NCBI GenBank assembly: GCA_963754315.1 | Contig: CAVWFS010000007.1 | Span: 544,001 to 608,000 of the forward strand | Direction of reading: 5' to 3' | Source of the DNA: an uncultured Candidatus Rokubacteria bacterium | Lineage (GTDB): Bacteria > Methylomirabilota > Methylomirabilia > Rokubacteriales > CSP1-6 | DNA: 64,000 nt | In this document: positions 9,809-19,283 of the stretch, in pieces | How positions within the stretch are numbered: the first letter of the stretch is position 1 | Layout: every line of letters begins with the position of its first letter | Position numbers and translations under genes: made by a program | The notes under the pieces: model-generated | Told to the model about the DNA's origin: nothing | What the model saw: only the letters and a program-made list of their open reading frames with translations | The model's database searches: none

Positions 9809-11046
9809 CCTCGTTGGTCTCCGAACTGGTGAAAGACCAGTCCATCCAGGAGCTTGGGGTAGAAATGTGTCGACTTGGGTGGCAGCACCTCGCCCCCGGC
9901 CACGATGGTCTTGAGCGCCTGAGGCGTGGTAGGCGCGATGAGGAACGCGGCCTGGCACTCGCCGTCGCGGGCCAGACGTACGGCCTCGGCCTGGTCGGCC
10001 GTGTAGTCGACCTGGCTCGCCGGTTCGCGCTGCGCATCGGTCACGTGAAGGAGCGGCTTGAGCAGTCCTTCGTGGAGGATGGCGACCGCCAGTTCCCGCC
10101 AGGCGCGCGAGGTTGCCGCGGGCCACGCGATGCGGTCGAAGGCGTCTGGCCGCATGGCGAACACGGCGGACCCGGCCGCGGTCACCACCCCGATGCGTCG
10201 AGGCGTGGGCTGAAACGTCAGGGCATCGCTCAGGGGCGACACCTCGAACCAGGGGCGAGCGATCGCAGCCAGGCTGGCCAACGAGAATCTCTCCACGCCG
10301 CTCAGCAGCCGGTGATTGGCCAAGATGGTGAGGCCGGGAGCCTCCAGCGCGAAGAAGGCCATGAGCTTCTCGGCGGCGGCCGGGTGTCCACGTGCGTATT
10401 CCACGGCGGTCTCGTAACGGTGGTGACCATCGGCAATCATCACGGGTCGGGTGGCCATCAGCGCCTGCGTGGTCGCGATCACGCCCGGATCGGTGATCCG
10501 CCAGAGCCCGTGCCAGTCACCGTGCAGATCCCTCGCTTCGACGAGGGGCTCACCTTTGGGTTCAGTCGCGTCCCGGATCTCGCCGCACGGATCGCTCACC
10601 AGCATGAAGAGCAGCCCGATGTCCGCGGCCGTGGCTTCCAGCAGCTTCAGGCGATCGAGCTTGGGCCCGGCTTGGGTCCGTTCGTGAGGAAGCACCACGC
10701 CCTCCGCGTAGTCGCTCACTTCCCCGAGCGCGATGAAGCCGCGGCGGGTGACAGGCTGGCCCTCCACCTGGTACGTCTGATGATACGGATAGATCGCCGC
10801 TTCCTCGTCACGCGCCCACACGCCCTCTGCCAGCCAGCCGTCGAGGACACCGCGCGCCCGGGCGTACTTGTCGAGGCCAGGATCGTCCTTGCCGTAGGTC
10901 ACGCGGACGATGTTGTCAGGACTCAACCCGTACAGACGGTCCTGGGTGTCGGGGCTGATCTGGTCGTAGGGAGGGGCAACCACGCTCGACAGATCGCGGG
11001 ACCGACCGCGCGCATAGCGGTACCCGCGCAGAGCCTTGATCCTCAC
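9805..11046 (-). CDS. DUF1015 family protein
   Basis: VAPPYDQIS, LPHERT, IADGHHRYETA and PKSTHFYPK motifs. GTG start overlaps the purK stop. Confidence 0.9.
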   Translation of the reverse strand: MRIKALRGYRYARGRSRDLSSVVAPPYDQISPDTQDRLYGLSPDNIVRVTYGKDDPGLDKYARARGVLDGWLAEGVWARDEEAAIYPYHQTYQVEGQPVTRRGFIALGEVSDYAEGVVLPHERTQAGPKLDRLKLLEATAADIGLLFMLVSDPCGEIRDATEPKGEPLVEARDLHGDWHGLWRITDPGVIATTQALMATRPVMIADGHHRYETAVEYARGHPAAAEKLMAFFALEAPGLTILANHRLLSGVERFSLASLAAIARPWFEVSPLSDALTFQPTPRRIGVVTAAGSAVFAMRPDAFDRIAWPAATSRAWRELAVAILHEGLLKPLLHVTDAQREPASQVDYTADQAEAVRLARDGECQAAFLIAPTTPQALKTIVAGGEVLPPKSTHFYPKLLDGLVFHQFGDQRG

Positions 11047-12191
11047 GAGGCAGGGTGACCCGCCAGCGCCGTGCGCGCAGCGAGGACGAGACGTTCCGCC
11101 TCTTCGACCGTTTCGGCCAGTGCCGTCAGATGCCCCATCTTGCGTCCCGGCCGTGGCTCGAGCTTGCCGTAGAGGTGCACCTTGACGTTCGGCCAGCGGC
11201 AGGCAGCGGCCCAGTCTGGCGTTGTGTCGCGCCACGCGTCACCCAGGATATTGGCCATGGCGGCCGGCCTCAACAACTCCGTGGACCCCAGGGGAAGCCC
11301 GCAGACAGCCCGCAACTGTTGCTCGAACTGGCTGGTGACCGACGCGTCGAATGTCAGGTGCCCGGAATTGTGGGGGCGTGGCGCCAGCTCGTTGACGAGG
11401 ATGCGACCCTGCCGGGTCAGAAAGAACTCGACGCACAACACACCCACGACGTCGAGTTCCTCGACCAACCCTTCGGCGAGTCGTACGACCTCCCGACTGA
11501 TGTGCTCCCCGACCCGCGCCGGCGCCGTCGACACGTCGAGGATGTGATGACGATGGCGATTCTCGATGGCGCCCCAGTGGACGATGGCGCCGTCGAGGCC
11601 GCGGGCGACGACCACCGAAATCTCACGCTCGAAATCGACGAAGGCCTCGAGGATCGCCGCCTGCCCGCCCGCCTGTTGCCACGCGTAAACCGCGTCGGTC
11701 GGCGAGCCCAAGCGATACTGCCCCTTGCCGTCGTAGCCATAGCCCGCCGTCTTCAGCACGGCGGGGCAGCCGAGTTGCGCGACGCCGAGCCGGAGCTCCT
11801 CCAGAGAGGTCACCGCCACGAATGGCGTGACAGGAAAGCCCGCCTTCTCGAGAAACGTCTTCTCCCGAACGCGCTGCTGCGTCGTGTGCAGGACACGGCC
11901 CGCTGGACGGACCGGAGCCTCTTCTGCGGCCACTTCGGCCGCGGCGGCCGGGACGTTCTCAAATTCGAAGGTCACCACGCTCACCTCGCGAGCAAACCGC
12001 CGTATCGCGTGGAGGTCTTCGTAGGACGCCGTGACCTCCACGTCCGCCACTTGTCCGGTGGGTGTCTCGCTGTCCGGTGAATACGTGTGGACCCGGTACC
12101 CCATGCGGCGCGCGGCGATGGCGAACATACGGCCGAGCTGGCCGCTGCCGAGCACCCCGATCACCGCCCCGGGCAGAATGGGGCTGATCAC
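11043..12191 (-). CDS. purK: N5-carboxyaminoimidazole ribonucleotide synthase
   Basis: [34 protein letters not shown] and GRKMGH motifs. Coupled to purE. Confidence 0.96.
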   Translation of the reverse strand: MISPILPGAVIGVLGSGQLGRMFAIAARRMGYRVHTYSPDSETPTGQVADVEVTASYEDLHAIRRFAREVSVVTFEFENVPAAAAEVAAEEAPVRPAGRVLHTTQQRVREKTFLEKAGFPVTPFVAVTSLEELRLGVAQLGCPAVLKTAGYGYDGKGQYRLGSPTDAVYAWQQAGGQAAILEAFVDFEREISVVVARGLDGAIVHWGAIENRHRHHILDVSTAPARVGEHISREVVRLAEGLVEELDVVGVLCVEFFLTRQGRILVNELAPRPHNSGHLTFDASVTSQFEQQLRAVCGLPLGSTELLRPAAMANILGDAWRDTTPDWAAACRWPNVKVHLYGKLEPRPGRKMGHLTALAETVEEAERLVLAARTALAGHPAS

Positions 12192-12676
12192 GGCAGCGTG
12201 TCCTGGCGAACCCTGCGCGTCTGCTCGTCCCGAAATGCGCGCAGCGCCGTTCGGATGGGCGGCCGGGTCGCGGACACGATCGCGGCTGCAAGGAGCCCCG
12301 CGTTGGTGGCGCCGGCCGGTCCGATGGCGAGCGTCCCGACAGGAACACCACCCGGCATCTGGACGATCGACATCAACGAGTCGAGTCCCTTGAGGGCCCG
12401 GGTCTCTACTGGCACTCCGAGGACGGGCAGGAGCGTGTGCGCGGCTACCATCCCTGGGAGGTGGGCTGCCCCGCCCGCGCCCGCGATGATGACCTCGATC
12501 CCTCGACCCTCGGCGGCGCTCGCGTACTCGGCCATCCAGGCCGGTGTGCGATGGGCCGAGACAATGGCGCACTCGTGAGGCACCCCTAGGCGCGTCAGTA
12601 CCTCATCGGCGTGGCGCATCGTCTCCCAGTCGGACTTGCTTCCCATGATCACGGCAACCAGCGGTGTCTCGCTCAT
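12188..12676 (-). CDS. purE: N5-CAIR mutase
   Basis: [25 protein letters not shown] and [11 protein letters not shown] motifs. Confidence 0.97.
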   Translation of the reverse strand: MSETPLVAVIMGSKSDWETMRHADEVLTRLGVPHECAIVSAHRTPAWMAEYASAAEGRGIEVIIAGAGGAAHLPGMVAAHTLLPVLGVPVETRALKGLDSLMSIVQMPGGVPVGTLAIGPAGATNAGLLAAAIVSATRPPIRTALRAFRDEQTRRVRQDTLP

Positions 12677-12755
12677 GACACCTCCGCGTTGTCGATTGTA
12701 AGTCAGAGCTTCCGCTATCGCTCTCGCCCAGTGCCGGCTCGGTGTATCCTGGGAG

Positions 12756-13166
12756 ATGATGTGGATGGTTGGGCTCCGGCAACGCGCGGGATGCGGCCTG
12801 GTGGGCGCGGCGCTGATACTCCTGCAGCTCGGTAGCGGAGGGACACCAACCTCGCGCGCCATCAATCAAGTGAAGGCACGTGCCGCCCGGCCCCTGACAC
12901 CGCTACCCCCTGCCCCCCCTACCTCACTGAGCCCGGTCTGGGTACCCGACCGTGTTGTCCCCTCACCGTTCGCCCCCGCTGGCGTCCGTGTCCCGGGCCA
13001 CTGGGAGCAGCCTTACGGCCTCGGGCAGTACCTCGTGCCCCCGTTGGTCGTGTGTGATCAGGCGAGCGGCGTCTGCAATACGCTGGCGGGCGGCGTGCAG
13101 GGGCCCGTCGAGCAGCGCCCGTTGCCTACCGACCCTACCTTGATTCGGGGGGGTATAGGGCAGTAG
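12756..13166 (+). CDS. Pro-rich hypothetical exported protein
   Basis: Signal-like N-terminus with VWVPDR...VPGHWE motifs. Divergent from purE. Confidence 0.55.
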   Translation: MMWMVGLRQRAGCGLVGAALILLQLGSGGTPTSRAINQVKARAARPLTPLPPAPPTSLSPVWVPDRVVPSPFAPAGVRVPGHWEQPYGLGQYLVPPLVVCDQASGVCNTLAGGVQGPVEQRPLPTDPTLIRGGIGQ

Positions 13167-13380
13167 CTGGGCATCGGGGACAAAGTACGTGTCCCTGACC
13201 CTGCCCTAGGGGAGGCCCCAAGCACCGCTACCGTTACGGCTCGCTCTCAGCGCGCCGACGAGGGTTGATTCGTGCCGTCCGCGGGTCAAAAGAATCGAAT
13301 AAAGTAGCGGAATAGCCCCGCAATGCGGTATTCCACGCTGGGGTGTGCTCTCACACCCGGTCAGGAGGCGCCTCGAGCCA

Positions 13381-13815
13381 ATGCGAAGAGCGGGAGGAAG
13401 CGGCACGACTCAGGCATGGGGTATCCTGCTCCTGCGTCTTGTCATCGGTGGCGTGTATGTCATGCATGGCTACCTCGCCATCGCGGTGCTCGGTCCCCAG
13501 ACAGCAGCGGGCTACATCACCCGCATGGGATACCCATCGGCACTGGGCACTGCCCTCGCGTGGTACCTGATCGTCGCGCACCTCGTCGGTGGCGTGATGA
13601 TTATCATCGGCCTCTGGACGCGCTGGGCGGCGCTGGCGAATATCCCCCCAATGGCATCGGCCGTCCTCCTTCTGCATTTCCAGCAGGGTTTCTTCATGAA
13701 GCCGGTGGGGCCCACGAGCGTCGGCGGCTACGAATTCTCGCTCACCATTCTGGTAGCGACGGTCGCCCTCGTCTTGCTCGGCTCGGGGGCAGCGTCGATC
13801 GACGGCGGGCGTTAG
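13381..13815 (+). CDS. DoxX family membrane protein
   Basis: LLLRLVIG..HG, GLWTRWAA, GGYEF and GSGAASID pattern. AGGAGG RBS upstream. Confidence 0.9.
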   Translation: MRRAGGSGTTQAWGILLLRLVIGGVYVMHGYLAIAVLGPQTAAGYITRMGYPSALGTALAWYLIVAHLVGGVMIIIGLWTRWAALANIPPMASAVLLLHFQQGFFMKPVGPTSVGGYEFSLTILVATVALVLLGSGAASIDGGR

Positions 13816-13927
13816 TATTGGGGGCCTCGAGAGCCCCCCACGTTCGGGGTGCCCCGGGGAACCGGTGGCACCCCTCTGGATTGCGCCAGCCTTCGGGGCC
13901 TCGAAAGGGCTCCCCAAGCCCCCCACG
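13816..13927 (+). repeat. Palindromic repeat element copy 2 (intergenic)
   Basis: TATTGGGGGCCTCGA..GCCCCCCACGTTCGGGGTGCCCCGGGGAACCGGTGGCACCCC...TTCGGGGCCTCGAAAGGGCTCCCCAA is colinear with 2204-2322. Confidence 0.85.
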
Positions 13928-13948
13928 ATGTTCTGCTACCATCGCCAC

Positions 13949-14887
13949 ATGGCTCGCCAGCACCGGCTCGACGCGGCGACAGTTCACTACGAGTGGAACA
14001 ACGGCCTTCCGCCACGCCTGAGCATCGACCCGGGCGACACTGTCGTCTTCGACACCCGCGACGCCGCTGACGGGTTCTACTCGCTCAGCTCGACCTCGGC
14101 CGACGTGGAGGCGCGTGGTCCCTTCCGGGGGCATCCGCTCACGGGTCCCGTCGAGGTACGTGGAGCCCGGCCGGGTGACGTCCTTGTCGTGGACATCATG
14201 GAGGTGAGACCAGCCGCAACGTTCGGCTGGACGGCAATTCGACCTGGACGTGGTTTGCTGCCGGAGAGCGATTTTCCCAAGGCATTTCTCCAGCTATGGG
14301 ATCTCACCGACGGCCACCATGCCCGCATGGGGCATGGCATCGCCGTGCCCATCGAAGCGTTTCCCGGAGTCATGGGCACCGCCCTCGATGAGCCTGGCGG
14401 ACACAGCACGATGCCGCCCCGAAAGAATGGCGGCAACATGGACGTGAAGCAGCTCCGCGCAGGCTCGACCCTGCATCTGCCCGTGTGGGTCGAGGGGGCC
14501 CTGTTCAGCGTGGGCGATGCACACGCCGCCCAGGGTGACGGAGAAGTCTGTGTCACCGCCGTCGAGATGAGCGCCCGGGTCACCCTGCGCTTCACTCTGC
14601 AACGGGGGCACCCGCTGGCAGAGCCCACGCTCAGGACGCGCGGGCTGCTGCCGACGGCGACGAACGCGGGCTCCTTCTTCGCGACCACCGCCCACGGGCC
14701 CGACCTCTTCGCGGCCGCCCAGCAAGCCGTCCGCTACATGGTCGAGCACCTCGTCCGTGAGCGAGGCCTCAGCCGCGAGCAGGCCTATGTGCTGTCGAGT
14801 GTTGCCGTCGATCTCAAGATCAGCGAGATCGTCGACGCGCCGAACTGGATCGTGTCGGCGTTCTTGCCCGAGAGCATTTTCACCTAG
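13949..14887 (+). CDS. Acetamidase/formamidase family protein
   Basis: HPLTGPV, GGNMD, SVGDAHAAQGDGEVC and LSSVAVDLKISEIVD motifs. Confidence 0.93.
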   Translation: MARQHRLDAATVHYEWNNGLPPRLSIDPGDTVVFDTRDAADGFYSLSSTSADVEARGPFRGHPLTGPVEVRGARPGDVLVVDIMEVRPAATFGWTAIRPGRGLLPESDFPKAFLQLWDLTDGHHARMGHGIAVPIEAFPGVMGTALDEPGGHSTMPPRKNGGNMDVKQLRAGSTLHLPVWVEGALFSVGDAHAAQGDGEVCVTAVEMSARVTLRFTLQRGHPLAEPTLRTRGLLPTATNAGSFFATTAHGPDLFAAAQQAVRYMVEHLVRERGLSREQAYVLSSVAVDLKISEIVDAPNWIVSAFLPESIFT

Positions 14888-14912
14888 AGACGCGAAGGAT
14901 CGGGAGGACATC

Positions 14913-15752
14913 ATGCACACCGGACTCTGTATGTTCGCCACGGAGTACGCGATTCGAATCGACGAGCTGGCGCGGGCCGCCGAGGAGCGCGGCTTCGAAT
15001 CGCTCTGGGTCCCCGAGCACACGCACATCCCCAAGAGTCGCAAGACTCCGTTCCCGGCTGGCGAGCCGCTACCCAAGGAGTACTCCCACACCCTCGACCC
15101 CTTCGTGTCGCTGATGGCGGCCGCCGCTGCCACCAAGAAGCTCCGCGTGGGAACCGGCATTTGCCTCGTCATCGAGCGCGACCCGATCGTGACGGCCAAG
15201 GAGGTCGCGAGCCTCGACCTGCTGTCGGGCGGCCGCTTCGAGCTTGGCATCGGGGCTGGCTGGAACCAGGACGAGATGGAGAATCACGGCACCATCTACA
15301 AGGCGCGCTATCCCATCCTTCGTGAAAAGGTTCTGGCCATGAAGGAGATCTGGACGAAGGCCGAGGCGCAGTTTCATGGCGAGTTCGTGAACTTCGATCC
15401 GATCTGGGCGTATCCGAAGCCCGTGCAGAAGCCGCACCCGCCAGTCCTCATCGGGGGCGAGTCGAGTCACACCTTGCAGCGGGTCGTAGATTACTGCGAC
15501 GGCTGGTTTCCTCGAGGCCGCAGTCCCGAGATTATCCTTCCCGCTCTCACGGACCTCAAGGCACGAGCGGCCAAGGCCGGGCGAGATATCAAAACCATCA
15601 CCGTCTCGGTGTTCGGCGCGAAGCCGGATGCCGGCGTGCTCGACCAGTACGCGGCCGCCGGTGTGACGCGCGCCATCTTTCGGCTCCCGTCCGAGGGCCG
15701 GGACACGATCCTTCCCATGCTCGATCAGTTCGCCAAGCTGATCCGGCGCTGA
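14913..15752 (+). CDS. LLM-class, probably F420-dependent oxidoreductase
   Basis: AEERGFESLWVPEHTHIP, LDLLSGGRFELGIGAGW and PKPVQKPHPP motifs. GGAGG RBS. Confidence 0.88.
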   Translation: MHTGLCMFATEYAIRIDELARAAEERGFESLWVPEHTHIPKSRKTPFPAGEPLPKEYSHTLDPFVSLMAAAAATKKLRVGTGICLVIERDPIVTAKEVASLDLLSGGRFELGIGAGWNQDEMENHGTIYKARYPILREKVLAMKEIWTKAEAQFHGEFVNFDPIWAYPKPVQKPHPPVLIGGESSHTLQRVVDYCDGWFPRGRSPEIILPALTDLKARAAKAGRDIKTITVSVFGAKPDAGVLDQYAAAGVTRAIFRLPSEGRDTILPMLDQFAKLIRR

Positions 15753-15757
15753 CCGGA

Positions 15758-16192
15758 GTGGCTCCGTCCCTCCCCACCTGGGCCGGCGATCTTCTGCGGA
15801 CGGCTCGCGTGGGGAGGTTGGCCACCGCGGATGCGCATGGGTGTCCGCTGGTGGTGCCGGTGTGCTTCTGCTTCGACGGCAACACGGTGTACTCGGCCAT
15901 CGATGCCAAGCCCAAGCGCGCCACGGGACGGGCGCTACGCCGAGTCCGTAACATCGAGGAGAACCCTCAGGTTTCGCTCGTTGTCGACGAGTACGACGAG
16001 GACTGGACCCGTCTTCGCTACGTGATCGTGGACGGTCGGGCCGCCCTCCTCACCGAGGGACCGGCTTATAGCGGCGCCGTCGACCTGCTGACCGCCAAGT
16101 ATCCGCAATACCGTGTTCTCGGTCTCGATCGGGTGTCGGGGCTCGTCATCGCCATCACCCCTGGCCGGATCCTCTCCTGGCGATTCGCGTAA
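15758..16192 (+). CDS. PPOX-class, probably F420-dependent oxidoreductase
   Basis: RVGRLATAD..PLVVPVCF, IDAKPK, LRRVRNIEENP and DEYDEDWTRL motifs. Confidence 0.85.
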   Translation: MAPSLPTWAGDLLRTARVGRLATADAHGCPLVVPVCFCFDGNTVYSAIDAKPKRATGRALRRVRNIEENPQVSLVVDEYDEDWTRLRYVIVDGRAALLTEGPAYSGAVDLLTAKYPQYRVLGLDRVSGLVIAITPGRILSWRFA

Positions 16193-16285
16193 CAGGCGGC
16201 GGGCGGCCGGGTTTGGTCAGTCTTTGCTATGATCCTCGAGGGGCTCGCGATACCGATCACCGTGGGAAGCCGAGGCTGGAAGAAC

Positions 16286-16471
16286 ATGAGGTTCGAAGTC
16301 GAGGTCTACCAGAACGATGTGGGTGAATGGGTAGCCACTGCCGTCGAGTACGACATCACCGCCACCGGCCGGACCGAGAAGGAGTCGCTGGCGATCCTGA
16401 TGAACTCGCTCACGACACACATCTCCAAGGGTGGGGCCAAGAAAGTCCGCCCGGTCCAGCAGGAGGGGTGA
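16286..16471 (+). CDS. Small HicB-like fold protein
   Basis: MRFEVEVYQNDVGEWVATAVEYDITATGRTEKESL pattern. Extended -10-like TGCTATGAT at ~16225. Confidence 0.55.
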   Translation: MRFEVEVYQNDVGEWVATAVEYDITATGRTEKESLAILMNSLTTHISKGGAKKVRPVQQEG

Positions 16472-16499
16472 TCGAGGCCACGCGCCGTCGGGCTAGCCT

Positions 16500-17105
16500 G
16501 TGATCAGGGAGTCGGTCGATGACTTTCTGGAACAGCTGGCCAGCGGCTCTCCAGCTCCGGCCGGCGGCAGCGCAGCCGCCCTGGCGGCCGCAGCGAGTGC
16601 TGGACTCGTCGGTATGGTGTGCCGTGTAGCGATCCGGCACGCGGCGGGCGGCGCGACACTTGCCGAAGCGGGACGCGAGGCCGATGAACTACGGCAGCGC
16701 CTGGTGACGCTCATGCGGGATGACGCCCTGGCGTTCACGGCTCTGCTGGAGGCTCGGCGGGGCTCGGGCGCCCGGCCAAGCCACGCCGTGCGAGAGGCCG
16801 CGCGTCGGGCCACCCAGGTCCCGCTGGATATCGTCGAGTCCTCGCAACGCGTCCTCGGGCTCTGTGAGCGGGTTGCTTCCGAAGCGCGACCGAGCACCGT
16901 GGCGGACCTCGGCGTTGCGATAGCGCTGGCCGGCGCCGCCTTCGACGGCGCGACCCTCACTGTTCGGGTGAATCTGAAGGGCCTGGACGACCCTGTCTAC
17001 GCGGCGCGCACTGCGGGCACACTCGACCGCTTGACCGGTGAGGTCACCGCCTTGCGCCACCGTGTCGCTCAGGTCATCTCGGGCCGAACGGGGATTTTGG
17101 CATGA
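16500..17105 (+). CDS. Cyclodeaminase/cyclohydrolase (FTCD C-terminal) family
   Basis: FLEQLASGSPAPAGGSAAA, DDALAF and VRVNL motifs. Confidence 0.88.
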   Translation: MIRESVDDFLEQLASGSPAPAGGSAAALAAAASAGLVGMVCRVAIRHAAGGATLAEAGREADELRQRLVTLMRDDALAFTALLEARRGSGARPSHAVREAARRATQVPLDIVESSQRVLGLCERVASEARPSTVADLGVAIALAGAAFDGATLTVRVNLKGLDDPVYAARTAGTLDRLTGEVTALRHRVAQVISGRTGILA

Positions 17106-18220
17106 ACACGTTTCGCACCGCGCTCTCGGACATGCTCGGCATCGAGTATCCGATTCTCCAATCCGGCATGGGAAGCATCGCAGGCCCCGAACTGGTAGCC
17201 GAGGTCTGCCGCGCGGGTGGGCTCGGGATCCTCGCCGGCCTGAATCTCACACCGGACGATCTTCGTCAGAGGATTCGTCGCGTGCGCACGCTCACCGACC
17301 GCCCCTTTGGCGTCAACCTCTGGCTTCATTCCGAGCTTCGGCCCCCCATCGACGTGACCCGGATCGCCGATGAGACTGTCCTGTCTATCCAGCGCGTGCT
17401 GAACCGCTTTCGCGAGCGTCTCGGGGTCCCCATCACGCAGTCGCGCCCCCAGGCCATGCCCGCCCTGGTAGAGGCCGCCCTCGCGACGATCATCGAGGAA
17501 CGAGTGCCCATCTTCAGCGCGGGGATAGGCAATCCCGACGCGCCCATGGTGGAGCGCTGCCACCAGGCCGGCGTGAAGGTGATCGCCATGGTGACGACCG
17601 TCGATGATGCCCGGCGGGTTGCCGCCGCCGGTGTCGATGCCGTGGTCGCCCAGGGGGGCGAGGCAGGCGGACATCGTTCAGTCGGGGTCAAGCCCGTGTC
17701 CCCAGAGGCCGCCATGGTCGGCACGATCGCGCTCGTGCCCCAAATCGCCGACGCCGTACGGGTGCCGGTCGTCGCCGCCGGCGGTCTCGCGGACGGCCGG
17801 GGACTGGTAGCCGCCCTGGCCCTGGGCGCCACCGGCATCCTGCTGGGAACGCGGTTCGTGGCGACCCGGGAATCGATGGCGCCCGAGTTCTACAAGAAGA
17901 ACTTGCTCGAGCGCGAGGCGGAGACAACGACCGTGACCGATGCCTTCACCGGGCAGTGGGGACGAGCGCTACAGAACACGCTGGCCAGCCAGTACCGCGC
18001 GGCGGGGGCGCCGGTGCTTCCGAGCCTCCTCCAGGGTGTGATCGCACGCGACGTGTACGACGCGGCCGCCGCCAAGCAAGACGGTGAATACTTTCCGATG
18101 TGGGCCGGGCAGAGCGTGGGGCTCATCCGCGACCTGCCCGGGGCCGCTGACGTGGTCGAGGCTATCATCCGCGAAGCGCGTGCCGTGATTGCCGCCTTGC
18201 CCCAGCCTGGGCACTCTTGA
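17102..18220 (+). CDS. Nitronate monooxygenase / FabK-like flavoprotein
   Basis: PILQSGMG, QGGEAGGH, AAGGLADGRG, GTRF and WAGQSVGL motifs. Confidence 0.9.
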   Translation: MNTFRTALSDMLGIEYPILQSGMGSIAGPELVAEVCRAGGLGILAGLNLTPDDLRQRIRRVRTLTDRPFGVNLWLHSELRPPIDVTRIADETVLSIQRVLNRFRERLGVPITQSRPQAMPALVEAALATIIEERVPIFSAGIGNPDAPMVERCHQAGVKVIAMVTTVDDARRVAAAGVDAVVAQGGEAGGHRSVGVKPVSPEAAMVGTIALVPQIADAVRVPVVAAGGLADGRGLVAALALGATGILLGTRFVATRESMAPEFYKKNLLEREAETTTVTDAFTGQWGRALQNTLASQYRAAGAPVLPSLLQGVIARDVYDAAAAKQDGEYFPMWAGQSVGLIRDLPGAADVVEAIIREARAVIAALPQPGHS

Positions 18221-18254
18221 CTGCCCGGGACCGTCCAGAAATGAGGAGAGACCG

Positions 18255-19274
18255 ATGAAACTCGACATCGGCATGCTGACGCACGACCTTCAGTCCCTTC
18301 CCGGCTTCGCCCGCAAGGTCGAGGCGCTCGGCTATGACTGCCTGTGGTCGGCGGAGACCCAGCACGACCCCTTCCTCCCGCTGGCGGTGGCCGCTACCGT
18401 GACCTCCAGCATCAAGCTCGGGACGTCGATCGCGGTGGCCTTCCCCCGCAGCCCCATGATCACCGCGCACATCGCGTGGGATCTCCAGAAAGCCTCGCAG
18501 GGGCGCTTCATCCTCGGGCTCGGCTCCCAGGTGAAGGGGCACAACGAGCGGCGCTTCTCCGTGAAGTATGAGTCGCCGGCGCCCAAGATGCGCGAGATCG
18601 TCCTCGCCCTCCGGGCGATCTGGGACTGCTGGCAGAACGGCAGCAAGCTCAACTTCAAGGGCCAGTTCTACCGCTTCGATCTCATGACTCCTTTCTTCAA
18701 TCCGGGCCCCATTGCCCATCCCAAGGTGCCTGTGTATCTGGCCGGAGTGAACGAGCATATGTGTCGGGTCGCCGGTGAAGTCGCCGACGGGCTGCACGTG
18801 CATCCGTTCAACAGCCCGAAGTACTTGCGAGAGTCCGTCCACCCCTGGGTCGAGCAGGGCCTGCGTGTGTCGGGACGCGGGCGGGGAGACTTCGTGTACA
18901 CCACGTCGACCTTCGTGGTCGTGGGCGACACCGACGCGGAGCGCGCAGTGGCCACACAGGCCGTGAAGCAGCAGATTGCTTTCTATGCCTCCACGCGCAC
19001 CTACGAGCCTGTCCTGGCCGCCCACGGCTGGCAGGATCTGACCGCGCATCTGCATCGCAAATCCGTCGAGGGGGACTGGAAGGGCATGGCCGACCTCATC
19101 ACCGACGAGATGGTCGATACCTACGCGGTGACGGGAACCTACGACAACCTCGGCGAGCGGATCAAGCAGCGCTACGCCGGCCTGCTCGACCGCACGGCCT
19201 TCTATCAACCCTACCAGCCAGGCATCGACGATCCGCGCCTGCCCCGGCTCGTCAAGGAATTCAATCTCGCCTGA
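18255..19274 (+). CDS. LLM-class, probably F420-dependent oxidoreductase (Rv0121/TIGR03617-like)
   Basis: SAETQHDPFL, AFPRSPM, LGLGSQVKGHNERRF and QIAFYASTRTY motifs. Confidence 0.88.
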   Translation: MKLDIGMLTHDLQSLPGFARKVEALGYDCLWSAETQHDPFLPLAVAATVTSSIKLGTSIAVAFPRSPMITAHIAWDLQKASQGRFILGLGSQVKGHNERRFSVKYESPAPKMREIVLALRAIWDCWQNGSKLNFKGQFYRFDLMTPFFNPGPIAHPKVPVYLAGVNEHMCRVAGEVADGLHVHPFNSPKYLRESVHPWVEQGLRVSGRGRGDFVYTTSTFVVVGDTDAERAVATQAVKQQIAFYASTRTYEPVLAAHGWQDLTAHLHRKSVEGDWKGMADLITDEMVDTYAVTGTYDNLGERIKQRYAGLLDRTAFYQPYQPGIDDPRLPRLVKEFNLA

Positions 19275-19283
19275 GAGGACTTT

